From positions 992,001-1,056,000 of the forward strand of contig OU015570.1 in the NCBI GenBank assembly GCA_907165135.1: 64,000 bases of DNA. Direction: 5' to 3'. The first letter of the stretch is position 1. The number at the start of each line of letters is the position of its first letter. This DNA is from Oikopleura dioica. Lineage: Eukaryota > Animalia > Chordata. Below the pieces are notes generated by a model. The model saw nothing but the letters and a program-made list of their open reading frames with translations. It ran no database searches and was not told the origin of the DNA. Shown one piece after another: positions 45,420 through 57,670 of this stretch. The translations under genes and the position numbers were made by a program.

Positions 45420-47126
45420 ATCTGAAGATTGCCACTGTTCAAAAAAAGCGACAAAAAATTACATAACAAAGGAAAAAAGGGCTGAAAAAAAAGCGAAAAA
45501 AGCGACTGAAATCAAGGAAGACAACAATGTTTGCGAAGAAAAACCGACTGAAACCAAGCAAAAGAAAAACTTCTTCCAGAAAATTGCGCTGTTGAATTTG
45601 ACGTGCTCGAGGATGGTTATTACAATTGGAAATCGATTGTTAATATTCAAAAACGAAATCCAAAAAAAAGAAAACTGGAACGCGACGAGAAAAAGGAAGA
45701 AATGTCTTTGATGGATTTTGTCGAAGAGTTATCTAAAAACAACAGCGTTAAAAACAAATTGGCCAGCAACAGAAATTCATATTTCAAATTGAAATTGAAG
45801 AAAGAAAAGGTCGATGTTTGGGAGGGAGGTAACAATCTTGGAACAGTCAGATGGCGCTGCCTTCCTGCTGAAGACGAGTTCCAGCACAGCGCCTTCAAAA
45901 AATATATTATTTTCTCAACGAGACATGATCTTCAACAGCTTGGGAAAGCAAGACTTATAGCAATAGACGGCTGTTTTAGCATAATGGACGAGGTTAGAGC
46001 TGAACTTGGTCTTGGGCCATCAGCGCAGCTTGTTATTATTCAACAACCCTGCAAATTCACTGAGGACCAAAGCAAGGACAGCGTCTAAGCTAACTAAAAA
46101 ATATCTGTAAACACCATTTAACCGCGTGGGACAAATTGTACATTCCATTGTAGTTTAAGCGAAAACTTGAATAACTCGCGACTCGCAAAAAACGCTCTCA
46201 AGGATTTCTCCGCTGGCCGTATATACGCGATTCTTCCGGACAAAAAGGCGTCTACTTATCGAGAGTTTTTGGAAGGAATCAAAAGCGAGGCTGGCTTGGA
46301 AAACCTTGAGGGCGTCAGCATGGACATGGAAAGTGGTTATATCGAAGCCTTTCGTGAGGTTTTTGGACCCAAATTGGACATATTTTTCTGCATGTTTCAC
46401 ATGTGGCAAGGAAATTTTCTTAAATTATTACTCACCTTTATACAGTAGAAACATCAATATCAAGCTTCATGAATTGCTTATCTTCATAATTCCGAAAAGT
46501 CGAAATACTGTAGTCAGATGTGAATCGCAAGTAAACATTGTCTTGATCAATCTAAAGTTAAGTTTAGCAACTGTAGTATTTGATTTTTGTAAAGAAATTT
46601 ATTTTTTATGAAAATTATAAAGCAATGTCGAGATATGCTAAAAGCCCAAAGTGTGGGCTAGGTTCAGAATGGGAAGCATACGAAGCGAAAGAAGTGAAGC
46701 GCCTTATATATTCGCTCGGATATCTCCCGTTGGATAACTCGCTTGTTAACGAATGCTTCGCAGATCTCCTGAACCAAGAAATTTCAAAGCTTGAGGAGAG
46801 ACACCAGGGATGGCGAGTATTCTATGATTACGTGATCAAGAATTACGTCAGTTATGGGGGTAGATTCAGTCCAAAAGGAAAGTTTGATTAAGTTACAACT
46901 TTTCGATCATCAAAGATGTTAATTACCATTGTTATTATCCATTGTTATTTCATTTTCCAGCGTCGCTACTTGTTGATCAGCGATGGGTAGCAGGCCGAGT
47001 TGAGCACGCATCTCCGCAACTTTGAACAGTGTCGACTTGTGCTGCGTTGTGGTGTTGTTGGAAGAACTGGTCGATAATCGGTTGGAGTCGACCAGTCTCA
47101 ACTCGTTCATCGATGGAGAGTACTAA
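45420..47126 (+). CDS. MULE transposase catalytic core (multi-exon, probably defective at the C-terminus)
   Basis: IIFSTRHDLQQL...IAIDGCF; AILPDKKASTY...SMDMESG...AFREVFG...CMFHMWQ; LGYLPL...FYDYVIKNY. The third catalytic residue (RTNNxxE-type motif) was not found. Confidence 0.85.
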
Positions 47127-47339
47127 AACAGCTGTTTAAAAAAACAGACTTTCTAGCTTCGTATTTACCGCTATTATAGAGCTAGAAACGCTGTGTGAGT
47201 CGTCACAATCAGGCGTGTCGCTCGAGGTCAATCTCAATCTATCGTTTGTTTCCTGGATTTTTTCGAAATTTTGAATTTGCTCGCGCAAATATGCTCTGAT
47301 CGGCTGATTCGTCGGATTCGGACTCGGAGGAGTCTTTTT

Positions 47340-49192
47340 CGAATTCCACTTTTAGGTAGGTTCCGTTGTTACTAGAAGTCTGATTGAAGAAGAGAAGGCT
47401 GAAAATGACTTACATTTTTGGCTTTGACTTGATAATCTCCGTTGTTTCAGTAATAACGGTTGTTATTGTAGGTTTAATTTCTTTACTTTTCTTTAGCTTT
47501 TCTTCGAGATCTTCCACGTCTTGCTGGGAGACTTCAAGGTTTTCTTGCAATATTTCTTTTTCAAAATTAAGTTCGTTAATTTGGCGCGTGTATTTTTCTT
47601 CAATAGTTGAGAGCTGTCTTGCTTTTTCGTCGAGGGCTTCTTTCATTTTAACTTTTTCTTCTTTCAAGATAAGCTAAAAGTTCAATAAGAAAAAGAGGAT
47701 GTTGTCAGCAGATTTCTTTATTTAGCTATTGGAGTTTTAATTTTACCTGGTGGCTTTTCTCGAGCTCACATATCTTCGCCATTTCACGAGAGCCATTTCA
47801 CCCTGAGCGACAAGCAAGACATCTTTGAAAACTTGCTCGTGTCGTGCAAGATCGAGATACCAAAGATCACCAAGGCAAAGGTCGACCATGTTCCAGCTGA
47901 CACTTAGGTTCTTAGTGAGGTTTAATTTCTTTACTTTTCTTTAGCTTTTCTTTATTTAGCTATTGGAGTTTTAATTTTACCTGGTGGATTTTCTCGAGCT
48001 CACATATCTTCGCCAGCTGCTCGTTAAGCTGGCTAAGCTCAGCAGATTTCTTCGCGTTTTCACGTTCCTTTTCGCTGAGGAGATTGCTCTTTTCGGAAAT
48101 GATTTTTTGGAGATTGTCCTCCAATTAGACTGTTTGTTCTATCGCGAGGTGCAGTTGTTTTTCCATGTTGTCGAGCTCGTTTTTCATTGACTGCTCGTTT
48201 GATGCAGAAATGTCCCTAAAAAGATGTTAGTTTCTGAAGGTTCTTATTTTACGGGGGAATTGAATCACCCAAATAAATTCATAAAGTGAGAACTTAAAAG
48301 ATAGGCCTTCTAAATTGAAGCTTTGATGGTTCAAAATTTTATAGGTCAACACTTACTTGAGAGCTTCAAGCTCCATTTTGAGCTCCGAAACAGTCTGTCT
48401 GAGCTGTTGAGTTTGCTTTTTGGTGAGTTCGTTTTTGCTTCGTCCCTTTTTATTCAGCGCCTCGACGAGGGTATCTTTGTCCTTCAAAGTCTTCTTGGTG
48501 ACTTCGTGTTCGGTCATCATCTGTGCGATTGTACTTTTGAGGTCGTAGTTCTCTTTGTTGGTTTTGTTGAATTGAGCGATTTGGCCGCGCAATTTCGTGC
48601 ATTCCTTCTTCTCGAGCATGAGTTTTTCAGAAGAGCTGGTGACGTTTTTGTGGAAAGTTTCGTTAATTTCTCGAAGCGAGGCAATTTGAGATTTCAACTC
48701 GGCAACTTCCTTCGTTTCTGTTTTTTCTTTCTGATTCGCTTTTAAAGCCAGAGCGCGGATTTCGGCAGATAATCTGTCTTTCTCCGCGTATCCCAAGCTG
48801 ACGAGACTTTCAAGTTCGGCGATTTTGGATTCACTCTTCTTAGCTTCTTCTGTCAATGTTTTGGCTTTTATGGCTACGGAGAAGTAGTTTTTTTGCGCTT
48901 CCGAAAGATCGTTCTTAAATTTTTCCATAATTTTTCCGTCGAGCTCAATGTTTTTCAGCATCTTCTCGGCGTTTTCTTTTTCTTCTCTTGTTCGGATCAA
49001 TTCTTCGGCCAGCTTTGACCCCTTCTTTTCTACGTTTTCCATCTGATTTTGAACATTCTTTACTTTCACTTCTTCGATGTCTTGTTTCTGTTCGAGTACA
49101 GTCTTTTCAGCCAAGATTTTGAAGGTCTTCTGTCTCGTTCCATCCAACTCTCTCGTTTTTATATCTGAATTAAATGATAAGTATTTAAACAT
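47340..49192 (-). CDS. Multi-exon coiled-coil protein (unidentified)
   Basis: 279-aa E/K-rich heptad ORF (48353-49192) plus downstream exons; internal ~240-bp duplication (47713-47780 vs 47950-48015). Confidence 0.55.
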
Positions 49193-50852
49193 GGTTCTAA
49201 CAGATTATTCTCTTAAAAAGTCAATATTAAATACAAATATCAAACTAAAAAAAGATTGGGCTTGCAACAACAAAAAAGTCCTTGACAGAAACGAGAGCAT
49301 TACCAACAATAGCCTGGAGAATGAAAATAGCTTGCTCACCCAGGGTGGAGACACGAAAAAGCCAGCAAATGCCACCGCGCTGGTTACGAGATTATACAAC
49401 CATAAAATGGACAACTGGTCAAACGAAATGTCAATACTTGGCGGCGGTAAATTCCCACTCTACTCTAGTCAAGACCTATTGCAAAAATTCGTAAGAGGTA
49501 ATGCTCTACGTCGTCTGGCTGATGTTTACAAGCGACGAAGTGGTTGCATTTACGAGCTATCACAACTTGACATCGATATGGTTCAAAGACAACTGCGACG
49601 TTGCTGTAAAGATATATACTTGTCCAAGTCGATTGCTACTAACGCTCTATCAAATCAAGAAGAATTCAATGCATTTATGAATGATATTCCAAATGATATT
49701 CATAAAACAACATTGCAGAAAAGACTGGACTTTCGTGTCGAAAATGTTTATGAAAAACGAGAAAAGAAAGCTGCAAAAAAGGATGATGAAATCAAGGAAG
49801 AAAATCTAAGTGCGCAACGAAGAATTACGGATTATTTCAAATGTGCATCGGGCGCAGCGATCATACCTGAAAAAAATGATGAAATCAAGGAAGATCCAGA
49901 AGTCGTCATTCTCCATCCAGAGCCATCCAAAATCGAATCGAAGGCTGAAAATGATACTTTAACTTTATCTGCTGCTTTACAGAAACAGGTCAATAACCAT
50001 TTCAAAAAACGTGGACGAACTGCGAAAGCTAAGAATCAAGTTATTGAAGAAGTATATGGCTACGATTTGAGACTGGAAACATTTATGGAACTAAAACCTA
50101 AAGTTGGAATAAGCGATCGGGCCATTGACGTCTATAGTTCTATTCTTTTGAATGAAGCTGATGCCCTTGGAAAAAGAGTTGTTATCAAGTCGGCTTTATT
50201 CTATACACAACTCAACAATGGCTTACCTTCAATGGGAAGCGCCAACCCGTACAATGGTGATGAAATTTATATTCCAATCAATTGTTCAACTCGATGGCAT
50301 TGGATGTTGATGCGGGTCATTCCATCTGAACACAAAATGATTATTTACGACTCAAAACAACTCGAATCATTTTTTGAAGAAATGCATGGCGATTACAATG
50401 ACTGTTTCAAGACTATAGAGCGAAGTTTTTTACAGTCATATAAAGGTGTTCAATGGGAGAAAACAATTGGCTATTGCCCTCAACAAATCTCTGGCTCGAA
50501 TAATTGTGGAATAATACTGTGTTTGGCAATGAGATCGTTAATTTTCCAAGGCGAATTCAAGGATATATCAATTGAACCAAGAAAGAATATGCGAAAAAAA
50601 ATTGCTGAGGAAATTATTGCAAAAAGACTCCTTTTTAATTTTTACAAGTCAACTGTAATCAAAAAAGCTTCAAATATATCTCACCTCTTCGAAATCAATT
50701 ATTGCAGCAGCCGTTTGAATACATCTTCTAATGAACATGTCTACTTTGTATCGAAGCTCGTTCTCGTTGAGCCTTTTTTCCTAAGAAAGACCTTTATCTC
50801 GGTAAGGCAAAGCTTTCTCCTACCTTTGCATATGAAACGAAGACGTTTTTGA
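49191..50852 (+). CDS. Ulp1/C48 SUMO-protease-family protein
   Basis: IDVYSSIL...SALFYTQL...IYIPIN...WHWMLM...IIYDS...PQQ...NNCGIILC gives an intact H-D-(Q)-C set; intronless 591-codon frame. Confidence 0.88.
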   Translation: MVLTDYSLKKSILNTNIKLKKDWACNNKKVLDRNESITNNSLENENSLLTQGGDTKKPANATALVTRLYNHKMDNWSNEMSILGGGKFPLYSSQDLLQKFVRGNALRRLADVYKRRSGCIYELSQLDIDMVQRQLRRCCKDIYLSKSIATNALSNQEEFNAFMNDIPNDIHKTTLQKRLDFRVENVYEKREKKAAKKDDEIKEENLSAQRRITDYFKCASGAAIIPEKNDEIKEDPEVVILHPEPSKIESKAENDTLTLSAALQKQVNNHFKKRGRTAKAKNQVIEEVYGYDLRLETFMELKPKVGISDRAIDVYSSILLNEADALGKRVVIKSALFYTQLNNGLPSMGSANPYNGDEIYIPINCSTRWHWMLMRVIPSEHKMIIYDSKQLESFFEEMHGDYNDCFKTIERSFLQSYKGVQWEKTIGYCPQQISGSNNCGIILCLAMRSLIFQGEFKDISIEPRKNMRKKIAEEIIAKRLLFNFYKSTVIKKASNISHLFEINYCSSRLNTSSNEHVYFVSKLVLVEPFFLRKTFISVRQSFLLPLHMKRRRF

Positions 50853-50859
50853 AGTAGAT

Positions 50860-51600
50860 TTCGTAAAGCTGTCTGTCCAACACATCGCTGTCAGCGCCCA
50901 AGAATCCCTCCATTGCAGCGATTTTGGACTTTTTACTGAGAGAGACTTTTTGAGGCTTCGTCGTGAAACCAAGAGACTTCTTTTGCAAACGGCTTTGAAT
51001 GAGCTTCGGCAGTCCAGTGAACGCGCCCGAACAGATAAAGAGAATATCAGAAGTGTCCACTAAAACCATACGATTAGGGGTAGGGTTTGGACTAAGATAA
51101 CGGGCTTCTACTTCTTTTGGAGAATTCGAGCCTTGTTTTAGGAGTCTAACAATTTGCTTTACCTTGATTATTTCCCGCTGCAGGTTTTTTAAAAGGATCT
51201 TTGACAGAAACAACCGACCCTTCCAGCAATTTGAGCAGTCCTTGCTGAACACCCTCGCCAGAAACATCGCGGAAGTTACCGCCGGATAGCTTTCTCGCTG
51301 CAATTTTATCTATCTCGTCCAAGTAAACGATACCACGCTGGGCCTTTTCTACATTTCCTCCAGCGTTTTGCAAAAGCTTTTGAATGACCGATTCGATATC
51401 TTCGCCGACGTAGCCTGCTTGAGTTAGGGCTGTGCAGTCGGCGACGGCGTAGGGGACGTCTAGATATTTTGCAAGCGTCTAAAAGTGGGCTTCTGATAGT
51501 TTTTTATACATTTGTTGTCGTTTTACCTGGACTAGATGTGTTTTTCCAGAGCCAGTTGGGCCCATGATTAAAATATTAGACTTGTCAATGAGAACACTCG
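50860..51600 (-). pseudogene. CLPX: Captured mitochondrial ClpX AAA+ module with two introns (51479-51526, 51132-51162)
   Basis: Spliced: IDKSNILIMGPTGSGKTHLVQ|[32 protein letters not shown]...[10 protein letters not shown]...[18 protein letters not shown]...[13 protein letters not shown]. Lacks both termini. Confidence 0.93.
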
Positions 51601-52284
51601 CAATTTCTCCACGCTAATCGACGGGTCATCGAAGTCGCGAACCCAAAAGCCCCGGATGCGCAGGACGTCTCGAATGTTTCGCATCACGAGTTCAAGTCTT
51701 TCTTTCGTTCTTCCTCTTTCGTTCTTCCAGAATTCAAAAGCTTAAATTTTTTGGTTGACCGTAGAAGATCACCGTACTGAGATTAACTTAGATTTAAAAA
51801 AAAATAATAATTTACAGTTTCAAAGCACAAAACATTAAGAAAAAATCAGTTAAAAATAAATTCAAGTCTTCTTTATTCATTCTTCTCGATTTCCTTAGCT
51901 TTCTCAAAAAAATCTTCCCCGACCCAGTATGAAAAATCTCGTCAAAAACGGTTGACCAATCACAAATAGGCGCGCGCAATTTCAAACTATTGCAAGATTG
52001 AACTCGTGAAGTATTTTTTATAATATTCTGAGAAATAAAGTCTATCTCCTGAAAAATAATTTCAAATATTGAGGCCGAAGGGGGGGTCGAGCACAATTGA
52101 TAAGAGTCGATGATTTCATTTTTTGATTTTTGAGATTTTGGACTCTCGATTTTCCTGGTTTGGTACAAATCCTGGTTTGGTACAGATCATGGTTTGGTAT
52201 GATTTCGGAATTCGTACCAAACCAGGATTCATACCAAACCATGATTCGTACCAAACCAGGATTCGTACCAAACCAGGAAACGCC

Positions 52285-52522
52285 CGGATAGAAAGCACGA
52301 ATAATGGGCTGGCTCACAGGAGTATCAACCCTTGTGGTCGTCATCATCATACTTGGAATCATCTTCAGATGCAAAAAATCCGACTGCAATGCTACTCCCC
52401 GAATCGTCCTCCAACCACAATACGAACAGCCACAGCAACAGCCCCAACACCAGGAGAATCAACAATCCAACCAACTTCTTCAAGCAGACAATTTTTCAAA
52501 CAGAACAGAATCAACTCTTTGA
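52285..52522 (+). pseudogene. env: Env C-terminus (TM helix + Gln-rich tail) separated by the MULE
   Basis: KARIMGWLTGVSTLVVVIIILGIIFRCKK is in frame with HLKNLVHG on the left of the insertion once one TSD copy is removed. Confidence 0.8.
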
Positions 52523-52647
52523 AGACCCGCCGACAAACGATAGATGATACGATACTAGCACGCGCAAAGAAAAACTTTATTTTACCGCCCTTATTTGCTT
52601 TCCCCTTATTTCGCCCTATTTCTGCGCCCTACTTCTGCCCCTTTTTA

Positions 52648-52878
52648 TGTTATCGACTTTGTTTGTGAATCGCCCTTGGAAACCATCGATGCGGAATGAC
52701 GCCCCGCCTAGAAAAGTTTCCAACTGACCTACTTACCTACTGCGCCATATGACGCTCCTGACACACTTTTGCCGTATATAAGAAAACCTTTGCCCTGTAA
52801 AAAGTATTCAATCCAATACATCACTCAATCGCCTTGAAGTTTTTGTCTAGTTTTTGTCAGAGTGTTAGAATCACATCA
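52648..52878 (+). repeat. Possible 3' LTR of the env-bearing element
   Basis: TGTTATC...ACATCA with TATATAA; no polypurine tract and no partner LTR seen. Confidence 0.25.
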
Positions 52879-53989
52879 CGAACTTCCTGCAAAAGTTACC
52901 TCCATCATCCTTTTAACACATTCAAAGACAATTTTGATGATCCAAAGGCCATGTCTACTAGACGCACCATTTAGACTTCAAATTTTCTTGAAGCCGAAGA
53001 GTGTTATCACAATGAGTAATATTCTATTGCTCATACAAGTGCGCTTTTATGAACGCGCGACTTGCAAAATAGGGCCTCGCTACCCAGAACAGGATTCGGC
53101 GCGCGCTACCCACTAGAGGATTATCTACAGTATTTTACCAAAAAATGAAGAATCGGAAATCTGCCTCTTTCAAAAAACGCTTTCAACTCTTTATTCCGAA
53201 ACGCTTTTGGATCCTTTATTTAAATTGAGATAATCTCGTCCGAATCCCCTGCTAAACAAGAACCAGCCTAATTCGATGATTTTCGCTAACTCGTGCCCAA
53301 AAATTACGATAAAATGTGAAGTTATTAGAAATTAACTTTTCTATGCACTTTGAGATTCGACCAAAAGCGTTTGTTCGTTTTTGAAATTTTTAAATGAAGC
53401 AGTTCACAAAGTGCTTTTTTTGGATTATTTGCGCTAGATTTTAGATTCCAAAAATCGAAGAAATCGACGATCTCTCGAAGTTTTTATTCAAACTAAAAAA
53501 AGAAAGAAAAAATCAAAAGAGATAATTATCGTTTTATGATCTTTTTTCATCGCTAAAAAGGAAAATTGTTTTGGTCGTTTGTTTTCGAATAGATATGGAA
53601 TAAAATCAGAAGACAGGAGATAAATTATGGAGTACTTTTTAGCCCTTTAATGAGAGTTTTAAAATCGCTCAAAAGACTTGACGGGGAAAAAGCACATCAA
53701 ATACCCGCTCTGATTCTGCTCTGGCAAAACCATCTGACACAAATTTCGAAAAGTGGCAACGACTATCGGTTCCTTCTTCAGGGCATTAGCCATCTCCCAT
53801 CATTTAAATTCATCAACGTTAATTTAGTTTTTAGAATTCTAGCATTGTTTTGTTTCTTTTTTATTTTTGCTTTCATCTTATGTGACAAAAACGAAGAAAG
53901 AGGAAAAAATGGAATGGCTGTTTACTGATCGAGAATCAAAGGGTTTATATTGATTGTGACAGTATTTCAATCAATTAAACTTTTGTTCG

Positions 53990-56462
53990 ACGTCAAAAAA
54001 GCCACAATCGACGAGAGAGAAAGAGATAGAGAAGAGAAATAACGCGCTACAGTATGACTAAACAAGTCTTTGATTATTCAGCGAGATGCTTTCAAACAAA
54101 TTTCGCTAAATGATAAAGCTTGGATAGTCAGCTTAGCGACAAACGACATTCAATTCAAACCCTATTATGAAAATAATGAAATAAAGAAACGAAGCGATGC
54201 TCCATTTATCCACATTAACACCCTTATCACGGACCTCTATCACGGTTTGGTTTTTCGACAGTTGAAAAGAAATAAGAAACTAACAGAAATAAGACTCCTT
54301 TCAGTTGATTGAAGTTAACGGATTTTTTGTTGGACATTTGCTGAATTGTGAAAGTTTTCAATTATAAATTGGCAAAATCCAATTCGTGGCGGATTTTTTT
54401 CGTAGCTTTGGGCGTGTTTTTCATTTTTTCTAGGCTTACTATAACTTATAGTCTATAAGATAACGAGTTTCATTATGGGACGGCTGAGATTTTCGGAATT
54501 CAATGATTCACGGGGCGCCGATGTCTACTGTGCTTACAGTGAAATACTGGAATTCCTGTCCACATGTGGAGAAACTGGCTTTGACTCTGATGAGAAAGAA
54601 ATCGAAAAAGCACTTGCTTTTGGATGCGCATCAAAAATAATGTCTACGCTTTTCAATGGATATCTTTTAAATGGAGAAGTCAAGAAGGTGCAAGGTCCAA
54701 AGCGATCTCATCCTGTGTGCTTATTGTGTCTCTTCCTCAATCCCTCGCTCAAAAACTGTACGTTTTCGCCAACAGTCAAAAAGCTAAAATCATCAAGCCT
54801 GGCTTTTTAAGTAGGTACCCGCTGAAAACAATAAGTGATCGATTTCCTATCCCTTTTTGAACAAAACTTTGTGACAATAGTAAACAAGTACCCAAAAATT
54901 CGATTCCGAGCTCAAAATTTCGAAAAAAGTTCATCTTCCGGTCACTAGAGGTCATCAAAGTTCAAAAAAATCAGTTTTCTTTTTTGGCTGCAGGGATGTG
55001 CCTTTTGCTTTTTTTTCGAGTGCGGTGCGGTGCGAAGTGCGATTTTTTTTGCGGGTTTTTCTGCGGTGCGAAGTGCGATTTTTTCAAATTTTTCTTCGCA
55101 GTGCGACGCAGAGTGCGAAGTGCGAAATGTGGAAACAAATTGCGGAAATTTTTGCGATAGTGCGAAAAGTGCGGAAGTGCGAAAGTGCGAAGTGCGGAAA
55201 ATAAATGAAAAGTGCGAAAAAATTGCGATTTTTTGAGAGAGTAGGAAAAATGAATAAAAATCACCGAAAATTTCTCCCACGCCCCGAATAGAAATAATTT
55301 TAAAAACTTCCAATCATAACCATTATTGAGGTTTAAACAATGATGATTTGAATTTTTTTGTGGGTGGGGTTGGGGACAGAACTGAGCTTGATCAACTCAG
55401 AGTTCAAAGCCTTTGTCAAGCCCCTTAAACTTAAAAATCATGGAACGGGGCTGAGACGGCCCAAAAAGACAAAAATTTACAGAAATTGTCTGCAAATGGA
55501 CCGCAAAATCCGCAAAGTGCGAAGTGCGATGAAGGTTGAATAGTGCGGGATACGACTGCGAAAAGAATCGCACTTTTCAAAAATTTTGCGGAAAGTGCGA
55601 AGTGCGGTGCGATGAAAAATATCAGGTCTGAGTGCGGTGCGAAGTGCGAAATTTCCGTAATCGCACCTCGCACTGCGAAGTTTAGTGCGGAATCCGCACT
55701 GCGAAGGCACATCCCTGCAGCTTTTTCAAAAAAGCCTTCAACAGTCATGCTTTTTTCCGCGAAAATGGAAAACGAATTCGCGATTTGGCTGATTCAGAAG
55801 GATGGAAGCAGCTTGCCATGAAAAATATTAGATTGACGGACAGAATTCTGAGCTCTGGTTATGATTCGATGGAGACGGAGCATGTTCAAATTGAAGATGA
55901 TGATGCAGATTCTGATGATGACTACAGTAAAGGAAGAGTTCGAAAAATCATTTTTCTAAATGTCTGAACAACAAAAATCAACTCTTTTCAAGGCAGTAGC
56001 CAGCCAAGTTTGGCTTCAAAGAGTTCTATTGACGAAGAAATCGTTCGTTATGATGCTGCATGTGATGAGCAATTGAGAGTCATTTGGTCCGCGGCAAAAG
56101 CTCAATTTTCCGACAATGTTCCAAATTTTACTTCTAAACGTCTCCTTAGCTATTGGACAAGTCCATATGTTCAATTAGTTATGCCACGGTTGGCGCGATG
56201 TGCAGAAAAAGTATCGTAGAAAAAGTATTTTTGAAAACTATCATTTTTATTTAAGGTCTTGTATATTCCAAGTTCATCCTCAGGGCTCGAACGCGAGTTT
56301 TCTTTTTTATCACAAATTACGAAGAATCCTAACCGAAATCAAATTCAATGTGAAACCTGTCTACAACTCCGACAATTCGCGACATCAACAGAATTTGAGG
56401 AATTTATCATTAAAGTTTGTAAAGAAGAAAACATCGAGCTGGATTTGTCATTCTTCGATTAG
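53990..56462 (+). pseudogene. Decayed multi-exon hAT transposase
   Basis: C-terminal dimerisation motif LLSYW...MPRLARCAEKV|LYIPSSSSGLEREFSFLSQI...RNQI; upstream CLFLNPSLK. Confidence 0.7.
54991..55717. mobile_element. MITE with GTGCGAA arrays interrupting the hAT ORF
   Basis: CAGGGATGTGCC...GGCACATCCCTG; flanks palindromic (CTGCAG), so the TSD is ambiguous. Confidence 0.7.
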
Positions 56463-56533
56463 CCGAAATTACAGTCACTGTCAAACAAGAACCAATCGAA
56501 GAAAGCATATTTATCATTTGAAATTGTATTCTA

Positions 56534-56822
56534 CTGATGGGGTGTTTGATAGCGGAATTTCCATCAGAGCGCTGTGACGAATCAGAGTGCCTATCTCAAG
56601 CGGGCCTGAGTTAGGCTAGTGAGGCCAGCTACCACACATTTTCTTGGTCGGCGCTCTGATTCGTCAGATGTTGGAAAAACGGGTTACGTGAATCTTATGG
56701 AAAATTCGAGAAAAATTATACGGACGAATCAGAGCGCCCGTCAGTGGGATGTCTGGTTACTAGCCTTACAAGCCCAAACCAGGCTCCGATGAGATTTTTT
56801 CCGCTATCCAACACCCCATCAG
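56534..56822. mobile_element. TA-flanked MITE
   Basis: TA|CTGATGGGGTGTTTGATAGCGGAA...TTCCGCTATCCAACACCCCATCAG|TA. Confidence 0.7.
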
Positions 56823-57310
56823 TAGTGTTAAAATGATCAATAAATTCAAAATAAAAATGAAAAAAAAAATTGGCCAAAAATGAGTGAACAGTGAACAGGA
56901 CTTTCAAATCGCTGTTCACTCCAGAGTGAACATTGAACAGGGGTTTTCGGCAGATTTCGAACCCTGGTCTCTACTACTTTATGTCTGCGCTCGCTTTTTC
57001 TCGTGCCGTGTAACCCACCGTATAGCCGTGCCCTAGCGCTGGCATAACCTTTCTTAGGTTTTTTGATTCAAGACTTTTCTCGTTACTTGGGGCTACCCCC
57101 GGCTTGGAGCCTCACAACGCTAGTTTTACCCCCGATTGCCTTTGAGCTACACCTTCGCTCCCCTCATTTCACGACTGTTCGATAGTCGGTCCCATTACCA
57201 ACCGACCAACACCGTATTTAACCGACCACAAGAGCATCTCATATGTGTTCCAACAGAAGAAGTTGAAGGCGTCGTTGCCAGTGCGGGTCTTGAAAATGTT
57301 TATGGGGCTA

Positions 57311-57670
57311 CCCGGACTATGTCGCAAATGTCGCGAATGTCGCAATTTTGAAAAAAAAACAATTGTTCTAGAAAATATAACAAAATTGCCAAATTATCAA
57401 AAATTGTCATTTTTGACGCGAAAATATGCTGGAATTTCGTAAAAACGAAAAATATTGAAACGGTCATAAGTCAGTGCCCGCTCCGCGGGTTTACTGGTAG
57501 GAAACTCCTTGATTTGGCAGGTTACACATCTGTTTTTACGCCCCTACTGTTCCTAGGAACCCGAAAAATTCTCATTTTCTAGAGTGTTTTTGTTTTCAAT
57601 TTTATTATTTTTTTTTGCTGCGACATTCGCGACATTCGCGAAATTCGCGACATTCGCAACATAGTCCGGG
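57311..57670. mobile_element. MITE with ATGTCGCGA repeats
   Basis: cccggactatgtcgc / gcaacatagtccggg. Confidence 0.6.

Larger units (their letters stand above)
42547..52284 (+). mobile_element. Mutator-like (MULE/Phantom-type) element with captured host gene fragments, 9738 bp
   Basis: ~210-bp TIRs (42547-42756 and 52075-52284); 9-bp TSD CGGATAGAA (42538-42546 and 52285-52293); internal MULE transposase. Confidence 0.93.

Noticed and set aside
50860-51600. Bacterial clpX (contamination or horizontal transfer)
   Set aside because: Two short GT-AG introns must be removed to restore the frame, so this is a eukaryotic nuclear gene fragment.
52042-52668. ORFs 52042-52389, 52123-52668 and 42577-42819
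   Set aside because: Translations of TIR tandem repeats; only the TM-encoding frame 52294-52522 is meaningful.
54945-55821. Many FALRT/CEVR-rich ORFs
   Set aside because: Artefacts of the GTGCGAA repeat arrays in a MITE.
56950-57310. 5' LTR for the 57.7-59.0-kb pol
   Set aside because: No matching second copy, PBS or gag seen.
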